In this document: in pieces, positions 46,579 to 62,061 of the stretch
How the letters are laid out: each line of letters starts with the position of its first letter
Position numbering within the stretch: the first letter of the stretch is position 1
Origin: the human T2T-CHM13v2.0 reference genome, Homo sapiens
Reading direction: 5' to 3' (one strand)
Assembly (NCBI RefSeq): GCF_009914755.1
Contig: NC_060936.1
Length of the DNA: 64,000 nucleotides
Made by a program: the position numbers and the translations under genes
Notes under the pieces: generated by a model
What the model saw: the letters and a program-made list of their open reading frames with translations, nothing else
What the model was told of the DNA's origin: nothing
The model's database searches: none

Positions 46579-48849
46579 TCACCAACTGATTCAAGATTTT
46601 TAAAAAATTCAGTGATAGCTTAACAATGCCAGATATATAACAACAAACACCTGCATATTTACTTTTCATTACAGCTGGTGCTGTTGAAGCTGATTTCCAG
46701 TGAATCAGGTTAAGCCAGGCCTAAACTTGTGGCCATGACTGGTCTGTGAAAATGCTCAAAGTGTGACATACTTTCAGTTTGCTCTGGATCTCACAGCATA
46801 CCAATTCAGTACACAGGTCCTGCCACAGAGGTGTTTCTGGCCTGTGATTTAATAAGCAAAGAAAAACCAGTACAGCCAGTCTAATTATTAGAGCAGCCAA
46901 GCTTTCAGACTCTCTTAAATACTTCCAACATCAGGCCTCCCTCAGGCAGGGCAAGATTACACATGACTCCAGCCCGGTACCAATTCCCTAACTGTCCATT
47001 TCCTATGGAGACATGGATATGGCCTTCTCTAATTAGAGGGACAAAGACAGAAGAGAACCATTATTAGGACTTTACTTTTTATCCCGTTTTAGTTCTAAAA
47101 CATTCAAGTCCTGCCCTTCACTGATCACTATTACAAATATTAAAATGGGGGTAGGAGTGGTGGATTAAGTGCCACAGAGACCGAATGCATCAATTGTTTC
47201 ACTTATGGAACATTCTGGGCTCTGAGAACCTCGGAGTAGGAGTGAATCAATCGTACATCCAAGCAGATAACAGCTCAAATCACCAGCTCAGCACAATTCT
47301 TCTGGGCACCCTCTTCTCTATCTGCAAAAAGAGACTGGCTTTCCTTCCTCCTCTTGCCCTCCCTCCTGCCCCCACCCCACCCCCGCCGCGCCCTAGGCCT
47401 GGAGTCTAGGGCTGCCCAATGACAGGAACACCCAAATCAGCACTGTCTTCTGGGCTGCGTTGGCTTCTGTGGTTGTAGCTAGGAATGGCCAGCAGGGCGG
47501 GGGTTGGGTGGGGTGGGATGGGGGCCGTGGGGGTGGCTGCACAAGGAATCATACACCTTTGGTAATACACTTACCGTTTACAAAAAGTTGAGAGTCCACA
47601 TAACCAGGAATGTGTAATTCATGCAGCTTCCTAAAACTGCCAGGGAATTATTCTTGCCTCCAAGTCAGCCCTGGCTAGGATCGTAAGTATTATAAATGCA
47701 AAAAGAATAAAAAAAAGACAGTGCAATTCTTATTTAGTGGGTATTCAGCTCTCAAACCTGAGGGATGGACTAGGAGATTAACATGATGCTCACCAGCCTC
47801 TGAGACCTTCCACAAACGCCCTCTGACCAGTCTTTCCCACCTACCCTCCTGCACTCCCGCACCCTCTGCCCTGCAGTCATTCTGCCTCACTCACCGCGCC
47901 CTGCACGTGCCTTGCCTCTCCCTTTGTGCTTTTGCAGGTTATGGTTCCGCTGCTGCATAGAATAATCCCTCCTCTCTCACAGAAATTCCTCCCATCTGGG
48001 CCCAGATCAAATGCTCCTCCTCAAAGAAGACTTCTCTGATTGCTAGGAGCAGTATCTCCTTCTTCTTGCCACAAATAATATTTTGTTTACAGCAATAATA
48101 AGAGCTACTTATTGAACACATACTATGGGATGGGAATCCTATGAAGCACTTGATACATTTTATTTCATTTAATCCTACTACTATTCCTAGTTATAGGTGA
48201 GAAAGCCATGATTGAGAAAGGTTAAGTACTATCTCTAAAAGGGCAGTGGCGACACTGGACTTGGTCAGGCAGTTGGACACCAGAGCTCCCACACTCTACT
48301 ACACGTTGCCTTATACTGTAATGATTTGTGCAAGGGTCCCATCTGCTCTGTGAATTTCTGAGGTCATATATCTTCAGATATCCCATTATATGAACTCATG
48401 GCTTGGCCTAAGTGGTCACTGGAATTGGAGCAAAAGTGCACTTAGAGACAGGTTGCTATGGCTGATTCTTCCAGGTATGCTATTTTATCTTTAACCCAGC
48501 TCTGACCTTTAGGATGGGTCAAGAGCAGCAACTAAAATGGCCTCACAAAGTCAAGGATCCAAGACCCAGGAAGCAGGAGAAATCTGACCCCTGGAATGCT
48601 CTGGAAGCACTGAGGGGCCCCACAGGATATGGGCACCATTGTGTCCTAATTTGGATAACAGGTACCTGAGACATACAAGCCTGTCTCTGTGCATATCAGC
48701 TAGATCTCTTAGAATGGTGAGTCCCGGAGCCAGGGGCAGGGTAGCTTTCTTTTCCAGTATATAATAAATGCACACTTGTTGCAGTCAATGTTTCTTCAGA
48801 CTCGGTTTTCAGTCTCCCAGAGAATAATAAATTCTTGTTGAGAGGATAA

Positions 48850-49100
48850 GACAGCATGGCTCAAAGGTTAAAAGCAAATGGGCTCAATGTTAAACAGAAT
48901 CAGTCTGAATGAGTCCAACTTTGCCCCAGTATTTGTGATCTAGGACACGATACTTAATGTCTGTACTTCAGTGTCCTCGTCTGATAATAGAGATAATATC
49001 ACCACCCATTCATTCATAAGGTGACTAGGAGGACAGAGTGAGATAATGCATGTAAAGTGCTCACTATACTCCACTCAAAAACGGTTAGCTCTTATTATTT
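48850..49100 (+). mobile_element. MIR
   Basis: gtgagataatgcatgtaaagtgct...gttagctcttattatt. Confidence 0.65.
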
Positions 49101-49238
49101 AACAATTGCTCTTTTCACTAATGCTAATTATTGTTGTTGGTTAGTCAATTTATAGCTAATGAGAGTACATTTTCCATCTGAAAAATTCTTTACTAAAATT
49201 CACTGGTTAGTGTTACTCTTTTCTGCTCTACAGAGCTA

Positions 49239-50228
<990 letters not shown>

Positions 50229-50337
50229 TTAAAGCTGTTCAAAATATGGTGGCCTCTGAGAAAAATGAGCTGCCCCCTTTCCCTACCCAGCAGAAACTGC
50301 CTCCTATGGCCATTACATTTGGTTCAATTTAAGACCC

Positions 50338-50741
50338 TGATATGGTGGGGATTTGTGTCCCTGCCCAAATCTCATGTCATCCCCAGTGTTGGAAGAGGGG
50401 CCTGGTGGGAGGTGATAGGATCATGGGGGCAGTTTCTTGTGAATGGTTTAGCACCATCTTCCTGGTGCTGTTCTCATGAGAGAGAGTGAGTTATTACTAG
50501 AGCTGGTTGTTTACAAGTGTGGAGCACTGCCCCCTCTCTCAATCCTGCTCCTACCATGTACGATGCCTGCTCCTGCTTTGCCTTTCGCCAGGAATGAATG
50601 CTCCCTGAGACCTCCCCAAAAGCAGATGTCGCTATGCTTCCTGTACAGCCTGCAGAACTGTGAGCCAACTAAACCTCTTGTCTTGATAAATTACCCAGTT
50701 TCAGGTATTTCTTTATAGCAGTGCAAGAATGAATTAATACA
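50338..50741 (+). mobile_element. MSTB-like MaLR solo LTR
   Basis: tgatatgg...gtgaatggtttagcaccatc...cctgtacagcctgcagaactgtgagcca...aattaataca. Confidence 0.82.
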
Positions 50742-50885
50742 GAACCCAATGGTCTTACTTCTTCTAATATCCTATTTTGCCCCAGCCACTTATGGTGATG
50801 ATTCTCAAACTTTGGTGGACGTAAGAGTCACTTAGTGTGTTTAACAAATACAGATTCTTGTGTCTATTTGGGATTATGATTTAAT

Positions 50886-51036
50886 TTTATTTACTTTTTA
50901 GAGACAGGGTCTTACTCTGCTGCTCAGACTGGTGTGCCAAGGCCTGATCATAGCTGACTGCAACTTGAACTCCTGGGCTCAAACGACCCTCCAGCCTTCC
51001 CTCTTAAGTAGCTGGGACCACCGGTGTAAGCCCAAC
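50886..51036 (-). mobile_element. Alu monomer (FRAM-like) inserted in a MER5-like fossil (about 50795-51110)
   Basis: Reverse right-arm sequence. tgggattatgatttaat is duplicated on both sides. Confidence 0.7.
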
Positions 51037-51151
51037 TGGGATTATGATTTAATAAAGAACATCCCAGGTGGTTTCTGATACCAGTGGTCCTGTGAACCAA
51101 TTCTCAAAAACAGGGTCAGTAACTGACAACTTAGAAATATTTTTCCGTGTA

Positions 51152-51469
51152 GGCTGGGCGCCGTGGCTCACACCTGTAATCCCAAGCACTTTGGGAGGTC
51201 AAGGCAGGAAGAACGCTTGAGGCCAGGAGTTCAAGACCAGCCTGGCCAACATGGTGAAATCTCGTCTCTACTAAAAATACAAAAATTAGCTGGCTGTGGT
51301 AGCATGTGCCTGCAGTCCTAGCTACTCAGGAGGCTAAGGCTTAAGAATCGCTTGAACCCGGGAGGCAGAGGTCACAGTGAGCCGAGGTCGTGCCACTGCA
51401 CTCCAGCCTGGGTGACAAAGTGAGACTCCATCTCACAGAAAAAAGAAAGAAAGAAAGAAAGAGAAAAAA
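51152..51469 (+). mobile_element. Alu (AluS-like)
   Basis: TSD agaaatattt(t/a)tccgtgta. Confidence 0.93.
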
Positions 51470-51634
51470 GAAATATTTATCCGTGTAAATTTATTTCCTG
51501 TAACAGAAAAAGATGGAAAAACTTTTAATTCTCCAAATCTGGGTCTGCATTTTTTGAAAATAATGTTCCCTGAAGCCTAATCCTTGGATTCGATAATAAT
51601 GAGTTTGTCTATTAGTTATCACTTATTCTGGTGA

Positions 51635-51957
<323 letters not shown>

Positions 51958-52517
51958 AGTCTCATTTTACTTCTCATTGCTGATGAAGCACCAGTTACTT
52001 TATTGTTTCTTCCCAAGGCTGTGTACTGGTAATAATTTTCTTTAAGAGAGGCCAGAATCTTGACATGGTCCTGATTCTGGGGCCAGGAAGCCTCAGTTTT
52101 GCTTTATTACAAGCTCTGAGGCTTCTTTTCAAATGGCTACAGTCAGGCTGACATTGGCAATGATGAATATGATGCAGAAACAGCTGCAGTCTCTGAAGCA
52201 GAAGGTGCTCACAAACCTGCTTTCTAAAATTCACTAATATCTGATATGACACACATCCATCCCTCAAGGGTCTAGAATACAGGATGTCAGGAGAGAATGA
52301 GGTTGTAAATATAGAATCTGCTCCAGCACTGGCCAGTCTGAACATTTCTTTCCCTTGGCTCCAGCATAGCATTAAAGACCAATAAAACCACAGACTCTAA
52401 AGGCAGAGACTTCCTGAGTTTCAAATCCCCAGCTCCAATACTTACTACTGTGTGAACCTGAGCAAGTTACTTAACTTCTGTGTGCCTCAAGTTTTAAGTT
52501 TTTCATCTATAAAGTGC

Positions 52518-53066
52518 TGTAGGGGGAAAAATATATTTTCTTCTATCCATCTTAGGTGTCTTGGCTAGTGCTCCTGTAATAAAAGCCAAATTAATAAGAG
52601 AGAAGCACACAAATTTATTTAATATGTTTTACATGACACAGCAGCCTTCATAAAGAGAGGAAACCATAGAGAAGCAATTAAACCTGAGTGTTTTTCATAG
52701 TAGGTTGATGAAGAGGATGGTGGTGGAGAAATATGATAGGGCAAAGGGTGCAAGGTGAGTGCAGTGACCTGGAGGAACTTAGCAAGGCCTGTTTGGATTC
52801 TTCTCTGTGTCCCATCGTCTTCAGAGATAAGGATGCTCCTTCCCTTTGAATATAGGGAAAGCAACTCTCACATGAGTGTTTCATGACCCTCTTCAAGGGA
52901 AGCTCAGAAAATCTGTCCTAGATTTTATGATGTGCTTCAGAAGGGAAGGGTAGAGGAAAGGTCAGAGAGACCTTCCTGTGTCTGCATTTTCTCATATTCC
53001 TTCAGATTAAAATATGCAGTATGCCAAACTGCCATATATTGGGGTAGTGTGTTCTGAACCCCATCA
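52518..53066 (-). mobile_element. MER34/MER39-family ERV1 solo LTR inserted in a MIR
   Basis: Reverse strand starts tgatggggttcagaacacactaccccaatatatggc and ends ttttccccctaca. MIR sequence lies on both sides (from about 52390). Confidence 0.7.
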
Positions 53067-53436
53067 ATGGGATGTTACAAGAATAGAATTGGCACATAGT
53101 GCTATGTGAGCATTTATTAGTATAGGATGGTCATATGGCCCAAGCTATCCATGACACTTCATTCCGGTACTTTTGCTGAATGAGATGCTTCTGCTGGAGT
53201 TGATAAATCGGTAAATATTTAAGCTGAGAACTGCCAGGGGCCACCTGTGGAGAAAGCCTTCCTGAGAGTGAAGCTACTGCAGAGGAACGAGGGCTGAGAG
53301 GTGGAGACAGTGTAGGATTTAATGCGAATGCTTAAGACCTGGGTCCAGTCATGCCTGGATATCTAGTGTGGACTTTTCAGTGACACGGGCTGTGAACTTT
53401 CTTTTCTCACTTGAGTTGGCTTGGGTTGGTTTCTAT

Positions 53437-54059
53437 TGTCAGAGGCATTTGAACCAGAGCGACTCCATCTTGAATAGGGGCTGGGTAAAATGAGGCTGAG
53501 ACCTGCTGGGCTGCATTCCCAGGAGGTTAGGAATTCTAAGTCACAGGATGAGATAGGAGGTCGGCACAATTTACAGGTCACACAGACCCGGCTGATAAGA
53601 GGTTGTGGTAAAGAAGCCGGCCAAAATTCACCAAAACCAAGAAGGCCATGAAAGTGACCTCTGGTTGTCCTCACTGTTCATTATACACTAATTATAATGC
53701 ATCAGCATGCTAAAGACACTCCTACCAGTGCCATGAGTTTACAGATGCCATGGAATGTTAGCAAGTTACTCTATATGGCCTAAATGGGGAGGAACCCTCA
53801 GTTCCTGAAACTGCTCACCCCTTTCCTGGAAAATTCATGAATAATCCACCCCTTGTTTAGCATATAATCAAAAAATAACTATACATATACTCAGTGGAAC
53901 AGCCCATGCCACTGCTCTGCCTATGGAGTAGCCATTCTTTTATTCCTTTTCTTTCTGATAAACTTGGTTTCACTCCATGGACTTACCCCAAATTCTTTCT
54001 TGCACAAGGTCCAAGAATCCTCTCTTGGGGGTCTGGATTGGGACCCCTTTCCAGTAACA
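53437..54059 (+). mobile_element. MER41B solo LTR inserted in an MLT1-type LTR
   Basis: tgtcagaggcatttgaaccagagcgactccatcttgaatagggg...ccagtaaca. Retains the ggaggaaccctcagttcc...tttcctggaaa segment that distinguishes MER41B from MER41A. Confidence 0.85.
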
Positions 54060-54294
54060 TTATCACCTTCCAACAAAAGAATTCTGACCTAGCTTTATTG
54101 AGATATAATTCGCATACCATCCAGTTCACCTATTTAAAATGTACAATGCAGTGGTTTTTACCACATTCACAGAGCTGTGCAACCATCACCACAATTGTTG
54201 GATTGTTGATCTAAAGATCCTCAGAGATGGCTCAGTAGGCCTGGGATGTGGAATGTGGACAGGCATGTGTGATTCTGCTTCCAAAGTCACCACG

Positions 54295-54897
<603 letters not shown>

Positions 54898-55054
54898 CTA
54901 ATTTTAAAGTTAGAATTATCAACTTTTTGATTTGGAAGTAATGAAAGTTCAGCAGAGTATAATGGAAAAGGAAATAAAATAAGAGTTAGCACTCCTGCTT
55001 TCTTTAAAGAGACATTAGAAAATCCCTACAGTCCCTTTATACTCTCAATAACTC

Positions 55055-55381
<327 letters not shown>

Positions 55382-56959
55382 TTATCTAATATTTCAGATG
55401 ACAAAACTGAGGGCCAGTGAGGGTAACTAAACCGCCAATAAAACTGAAGGCCAGTGAGGTTAAGTAAATTGCCAGAGCTCACAGAGGTACTCACTTTTAG
55501 ACACATTCAAGAATTCAGTTCAGTTTTCTATGTTGTTAGTTTCAAGTAGTTCTTACTTTTTCTGCAGGATTTCATACTCAAGACTCAGGTCAGTCTCTTG
55601 AAATGCCTGGAGATTAAGAGGGTCTTTGTAGTACTAATCAAACATTCATTCAATTCTGTTTTGACTCATTCAAGAAATACACTGTGATTATGATATTCCC
55701 TATATTTATGTTAAATTCATTGCATCTGTCTCTTTAGATAAAATAGTGTTCTACTTACAACCTAGAGAAAAATCAATATACTTGCCCTAAAGCAGGATGT
55801 AATAGGAAATTTCAAAAATATTCTATGGTATTTACTGGGTTAGGTAAATAATAAATTGGCAAGTTTCCACAAACATTTACGAAATAGTCTTAGTTTGTAG
55901 GACCAGGAGGTTTAATTACCATGTAGTGCTGCTGGGGATAAGGAAGGATGATGGTTAGGAGAGTAACTGCACTCTTTGTCTAATAAAAATAAAGAGATTT
56001 GATAACCAAACTGGAAATATAGAATAATTTGACTTCTAATAGCCCTTGAAGCTTCAGATAACTTCTCAAAAACATGAAAAACAACCCTTTAGCTATTGCT
56101 AATTACAAATCTGTGTATCTGGGCACATAAGGACTCTCTATACCGGCTTTGGAAATTTTTAGAAACACATTTCCTGGAAGAACCTGAGAGGTTGGATCTG
56201 GCCAAAAAAATATAATACAGTCTGTGGCAGGATGCATTGTACTTAACCATATTCAAGGACAGAAAGGCATTTGCTTTATCTGGGATATCCTGTGAAAACA
56301 CATTAAGAACACCCAGGGAAACATCGTCAGCAGGGATATTATTTGTGGTCATCGTTGTTTTTAACGTGTGTTTTTTCCTTAGTAAATCCTAGACAAAGTA
56401 ATTTGAACCTTGTAAAAGAGTACTGCAGGCCAACCTGGGCAACATAGCAAGATTACGTCTCTAAATACAAAATAAATAAATAAATTACAAGCAAGAGGCG
56501 GTAGAATTTTTAAACTGAGTTCATTGGTGAGGATCTTGGATGGAGTTCAAGGGAAAACAGTGAAAAGGAGATGAAACACTGTCCCTAATCCCACCGTCTT
56601 GATAGAACTACTCTGAGAACTTTGGTGCCTTTTTTGTGTTACTTTTCTTCTAAGTATTCCTTGTATATACTTGTAACTGGGAAGTGACAAAGTTCTAAGA
56701 GATCCTGGCAAGAACTGCCACCCCCAACTCATCACCACAACACTATCCTTCCCTTCCCCACTCCCTTCCAACACACATACATTCTCAGCCTTCAAAACCA
56801 ACAAGATCAATCCCATCATGATTTGTTTTTAAAACTTTTTTTAGAGTCAGAGTCTTGGTATGTTGCCCAGGCTGGTTTCAAACTCCTGGGCTCAAACGAT
56901 CCTCCTCCTCTAGCCTCCCAGTTGCTGGGATTACAGGCATTTTAAATTCACGACCAGAA

Positions 56960-57970
56960 ACTAGGACTGCCAATTGGCAATCCTACCACATTCCCTGGTC
57001 GATTTACTCTGCCGCGCTGCTAGATGGTTAATTCATACTCCTCTTTCCTCAAACTTCCGACACCTCTCCTCCTCCTCCATCTTCACTCTTGGCTCATGAT
57101 CTTGTTTTCTACTTCTCTGAAAAGTAATTGAAGCAATCAGGAGAGAATTTCCACACATTCCCTCTACCACATCTATTCCCACCTGCTCCTGTGCCCATAT
57201 ATACTCTGCCTCCCTCCTGCTGCCATGGATGAACTGTCTGTGACCCTGAGGCCAACCCCTTTCCTCATCTTTCGCAGTCCGAGCCCCCTTCCCTACTTAG
57301 GAGCCCTGCACCAGCAATTCTGCCCTCTTTCCTGCATTGTCATATTTCTCTCTCCATGCATCACTTCCAATAGCATACAAACACGCTGGTATTCCCCTAC
57401 CCTTAAATATCCCTCTCTTGACCCCGTTAACCTCTGTCAAAACTAAGTCAAATCTGGTCATTCCTGTTTGAAACCCCCTAATGGCTCTCGTCTCACTTAG
57501 AGAAAAGTCAAAATCCTACAAGACCCTATATAGTCAGAGCCCATCTACTTACTACTCCACCACCTGTGTTCCCTGTTCCTAGAACACACACCGGGCCTCC
57601 TCCTTGCTCAAGGCCTTCGTATCTGCTGTTTCCTGAAAGGCTCTCTGAGTATCTGAATGTTCATTCCCTCACTTCACATCTTCACTCAAATGCCATCTTT
57701 TCAGAGAGGCTTTCTTTGGCCTCCCTACACAAAATAACCACCACACTCCCTCCTATTACCCATCTCTCTTCCCTGCTTTATTTTTCTTCTTAGCACTTCA
57801 CGCTTTCTAACCTACCATACCAACCTTACTTGTTAGGTTTATTGACTGTTCCCCCCATTTGAATATAAGCCCCATGACAGCAAAAAAAATTTTTTGTCTG
57901 TTGTGTTTGCTGCCAAACATATTCTCTAGCTAGCACTGCAGTGCCTGGTACATAGGAGGTGCTCAATAAA
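56960..57970 (+). mobile_element. L2a-like 3' segment
   Basis: Pyrimidine-rich L2 body (ttctctgaaaagtaattgaagcaatcagg) ending gtgcctggtacataggaggtgctcaataaa. Confidence 0.75.
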
Positions 57971-60064
57971 AGACACAGACATAATGTAGGTCATCTTAAA
58001 GTTTGCACAGTCATGCTCATTTATGATTCTTCTGCAGCCTCTGCTTAGAGTTCTCTGAATCAAACCCATGGACCTCGTCTTACCATGGTCTACTGTGTAC
58101 ATGTCTTTTTGTCTTTCAAATAAAATCTGACTGTAGAACGAGAAAAGCGAAGGACCTGGAGTGCCTTCAGCAATGCGCTGAGTCTCTTTCCTCGCTTTCA
58201 TTTTGGTTTCTACTAAGTTTGGTATGGAGAGAGGAAGCATTTGTGTCTATCTTGGAGAGAGAGCAGAGAAGATCTTGCAGGGGGTTTCAGCATGAGTATT
58301 TGGCAACAGAAAGGATGATTCAGAGCTTGAACGTGAAACTCATACAGAGGCTTAGGGGAAAAAAAAATAGGAGCTAGAAAGAGAAGGGAGAATCAGTCCT
58401 ATCGCTTGAGAATATGGTTCTCTGGATCAGAAAGACATTGTGGCCCAAAGCAGATTCCAAAGATGAAAGGAGAAGCGGCATTCCACACCAGGAATAAATG
58501 TTTTAGCCTTGGTTAAAAGTAAACATAAAAGCAAATCACCACAGGATTAAGATTTCAAAACAATAAGGAGGCAGTGAGCTCTAGAGTCAGAAAGACCTCG
58601 CTCTAAGTCCAGCTTCCACCACCTCGGAGCGCTGGGACGCAGTTCTCAGGGTTGCAGAGGATTTCAATGCAAGCCTGGAGCACTGTCTGGCAAACGGTGG
58701 GGCCTCAAGGGATGTTAGTTCCTTCCCCCGCTACAGCCTCCACTGCATCCCCACAGCCCCGCACCACGTAAGACACATAGCAGATGCTCAAGAAATACTA
58801 GTTTGATGAACGGATGGGTAACACAAGAGGAATCAGTTCCCAAATCAAGCTGCTTCTGCCCTCACACCAGACTTCATAGAATTCACTTGCTTTTTTATCA
58901 CTTTCCTGCATCCCCTTGCCCTCTGCCTCACCCACTCCCAAAACCATCTTCACGTTTGTTGTTTGTGTTCCCACTCCACAATGGAGCCGGCGTCAGCTAC
59001 GTCAATCCTCGAGCTGCCAAACGTTCATTTCCATTTAAAAACATCGTGTTTTAGCAGAGAAACGTGGACTAGGGAGGCACGGTGCAGACACCAGCCTCCA
59101 TCTATTACTCCAGGCTGACAGATTTTTTTTAGCAGAGTCTTGTTTTTCTCCTCTGAAGGAAAGCTTGTTTCCATAGAAGGATTTCCCCTCTTTGTGTTCT
59201 TGCTTCATTCACAGTTTTAGTGTTTACTTTTGCTTTTTATCTTTGCATAATCCTTGCTGTTTTAAGAATCTGAGGAGACTCTGGACTATAGTCCCTCACC
59301 CTCCCCTGTAAATATCTCTGGTTCATGCCAATAGTGGCTGACACATTTCCCCAGTTTTCCTTCACATCTTTGTCGTGTGAAAAAATGCTGGTAAATCATG
59401 TGGACAAGCCTCAGATGACTTGGTATTTGTTCATGGGACATTTTTCAAATCCTTCTGCCAAGATTTTGTGCAATAATCAGTTTGTTTTAATGCAGTTCAT
59501 GGAGAGAGGGTTCCAGTTCTGCACTGGCTGCGCAACCACCAACCTTTCTGTAAGTCCACCAAGGGTCTGGAGGCGGAGGGCCTCAATGCTTGGAAGGCCA
59601 GGAGGCCCACTGCTCAGGGAACAGGTGTGCTCATGGAAGTAAGTGGCTGGCCTCCAGGACTAGCTCATAAGCAATGGGGAAACTAGGGTTGGGAACTGTT
59701 TGGTGGAGCAGCAAAAAAAGTGATGCCATCGGGGCAACCCCAGCGTGAGTGAGGGCAGGGGACTCTTCTTGTCTTGTTCACAATGTCCCCAGCACCTACC
59801 TGTGTGCACAGCTCAGGACTGGTATTCTGTAAATATTTGTGGAATGAATAAATGAACAAATGAGGTAGAAAGACAGGGTACCACGAGAATCCTCTTGAAT
59901 AAAATGGAGAGTTTTGAAAGGGATTAAATGGCTATTGTCATGTTTAATTTTACTGGAAAATATTTGTAATTCTACTGAAACACCAGGTTGGTGTGGTCTA
60001 GAGAAAAAAAATACTAGACACCATTTTTTTTCCATATAAGACAAACCAAAGCAAGGAACTTCAT

Positions 60065-60473
60065 TTTTTAAAATTTATTATTTTTTTTTATTTTAAATGT
60101 TTTTTTTCTGGGTACATAGTAGGTGTATATATTTATGGGGTACATGAGATGCTTTGATACAGGCATGCAATGTGAAATAAACACATCATGGAGAATGGAG
60201 CATCCATCCCCTCAAGCATTTATCCTTTAAGTTACAAACAATCCAATCACATTCTTTAAGTTATTTTAAAAATATACAATTAAATTATTATCGACTATAG
60301 TCACCCTATTGTGCTATCAAATAGTAGGTCTCATTCCTTCTATTTTTTTTTGTATCCATTAACAATCCCAACCTCCCCGCCAACCCTCACTACCCTTCCC
60401 AGCCTCTGGTAACCATCCTGTTACTCTCTATGTCTATGAGTTCAATTGATTTGATTTTTCGATCCCACAAAAT
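60065..60473 (-). mobile_element. L1MA1/2-like 3' end
   Basis: gggtacatagtaggtgtatatatttatggggtacatgagat...catcccctcaagcatttatcc...ccagcctctggtaaccatcc. Confidence 0.82.
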
Positions 60474-61183
60474 AGGGGACTTTAGGCAAAAAAATAATTG
60501 ATGCCTAGTATGTGCCAAATATGGTGTAAATAGGAGGTGAGAAACCAAGATAACTTGTGTATATAATGCTATACACCTGGAGTTATTATGCAAACATACA
60601 GAGTTACAATAATTGAGCACTTGCTGCATGCCAGACACTATGTAATTCTTCTACTACCACTAAGATGTTGTACCATTATTATTTCCATGTTACAGATTTA
60701 GAAACTGAAGCTCTGAGACATTAAAAAAAAAAACAAAAAACCCAGCTCAATACAAGGTAACCTTGAAAATAATATGACACTCGAATTTTCCAGTGAAAAA
60801 ATTACCCTCTTCCAGAGATTTTTGGCTAACCTGAATTAAAAAGCTTTTAGAAATGACAGCACAAAATCTCATACACATTGTTCAAAATAAGAAACCTACC
60901 AAGGTCACTGACTTAATTTTTCCTTTGGTCAAAAGAAGAAGAGACAGAAATAAGTTTCTGAATTTATTTCTCAGAGAACAGCTGTGCCCACTGATCAAAC
61001 TTAATGTAATCTTTGGGAGTTACAGTTACCAATTTGAATAATGTTACCCCATGACAATTAATTAGCATGTAATGTTATTTCCATTGGAGACATTATTAAA
61101 TTTTAGAAAGTCTAGATGTCTCCAAGTGGGCTTCTTAGAGATAACTCTGAAAGGATATTTAATGGTAACGAAACACAGGGTAG

Positions 61184-61678
<495 letters not shown>

Positions 61679-61699
61679 TAGAGGCCTGGAGTTTCTCTA

Positions 61700-62061
61700 T
61701 GATATGGTTTGGCTGTGTCCCCACCCAAATCTCATTTTTAATTATAGTTCCCGTAATTCCCACATGTTGTTAGAGGGACCTGGTGGGAGATCACTGAATC
61801 ATAGGGGTGGTTTCCCCCATACTGTTCTCATGGTAGTGAGTAAGTCTCACGAGATCTGATGGTTTGATAAGAGGAAACCCCTTTGGCTTTGTTCTCATTC
61901 TCTCTCATCTGCTGCGATGTAAGATGTGCATTTCACCTCCCACCGTGATTGTGGGGCCTCCCCAGCCACATGGAACTGTGAGTCCATTAAACCTCTTTTT
62001 CTTTATAAATTACCCAGTCTCGGGTATGTCTTTATCAGCAGCATGAAAACGGACGAATACA
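61700..62061 (+). mobile_element. THE1C-like MaLR solo LTR
   Basis: tgatatggtttggctgtgtcccc...ggaaacccctttggcttt...gaaaacggacgaataca. Confidence 0.87.

Noticed and set aside
57926-58240. 104-aa minus-strand ORF
   Set aside because: No recognisable homology, and its end runs into an L2 3' end. The splice signals inside it, in a different frame, are the more credible signal and are reported separately.
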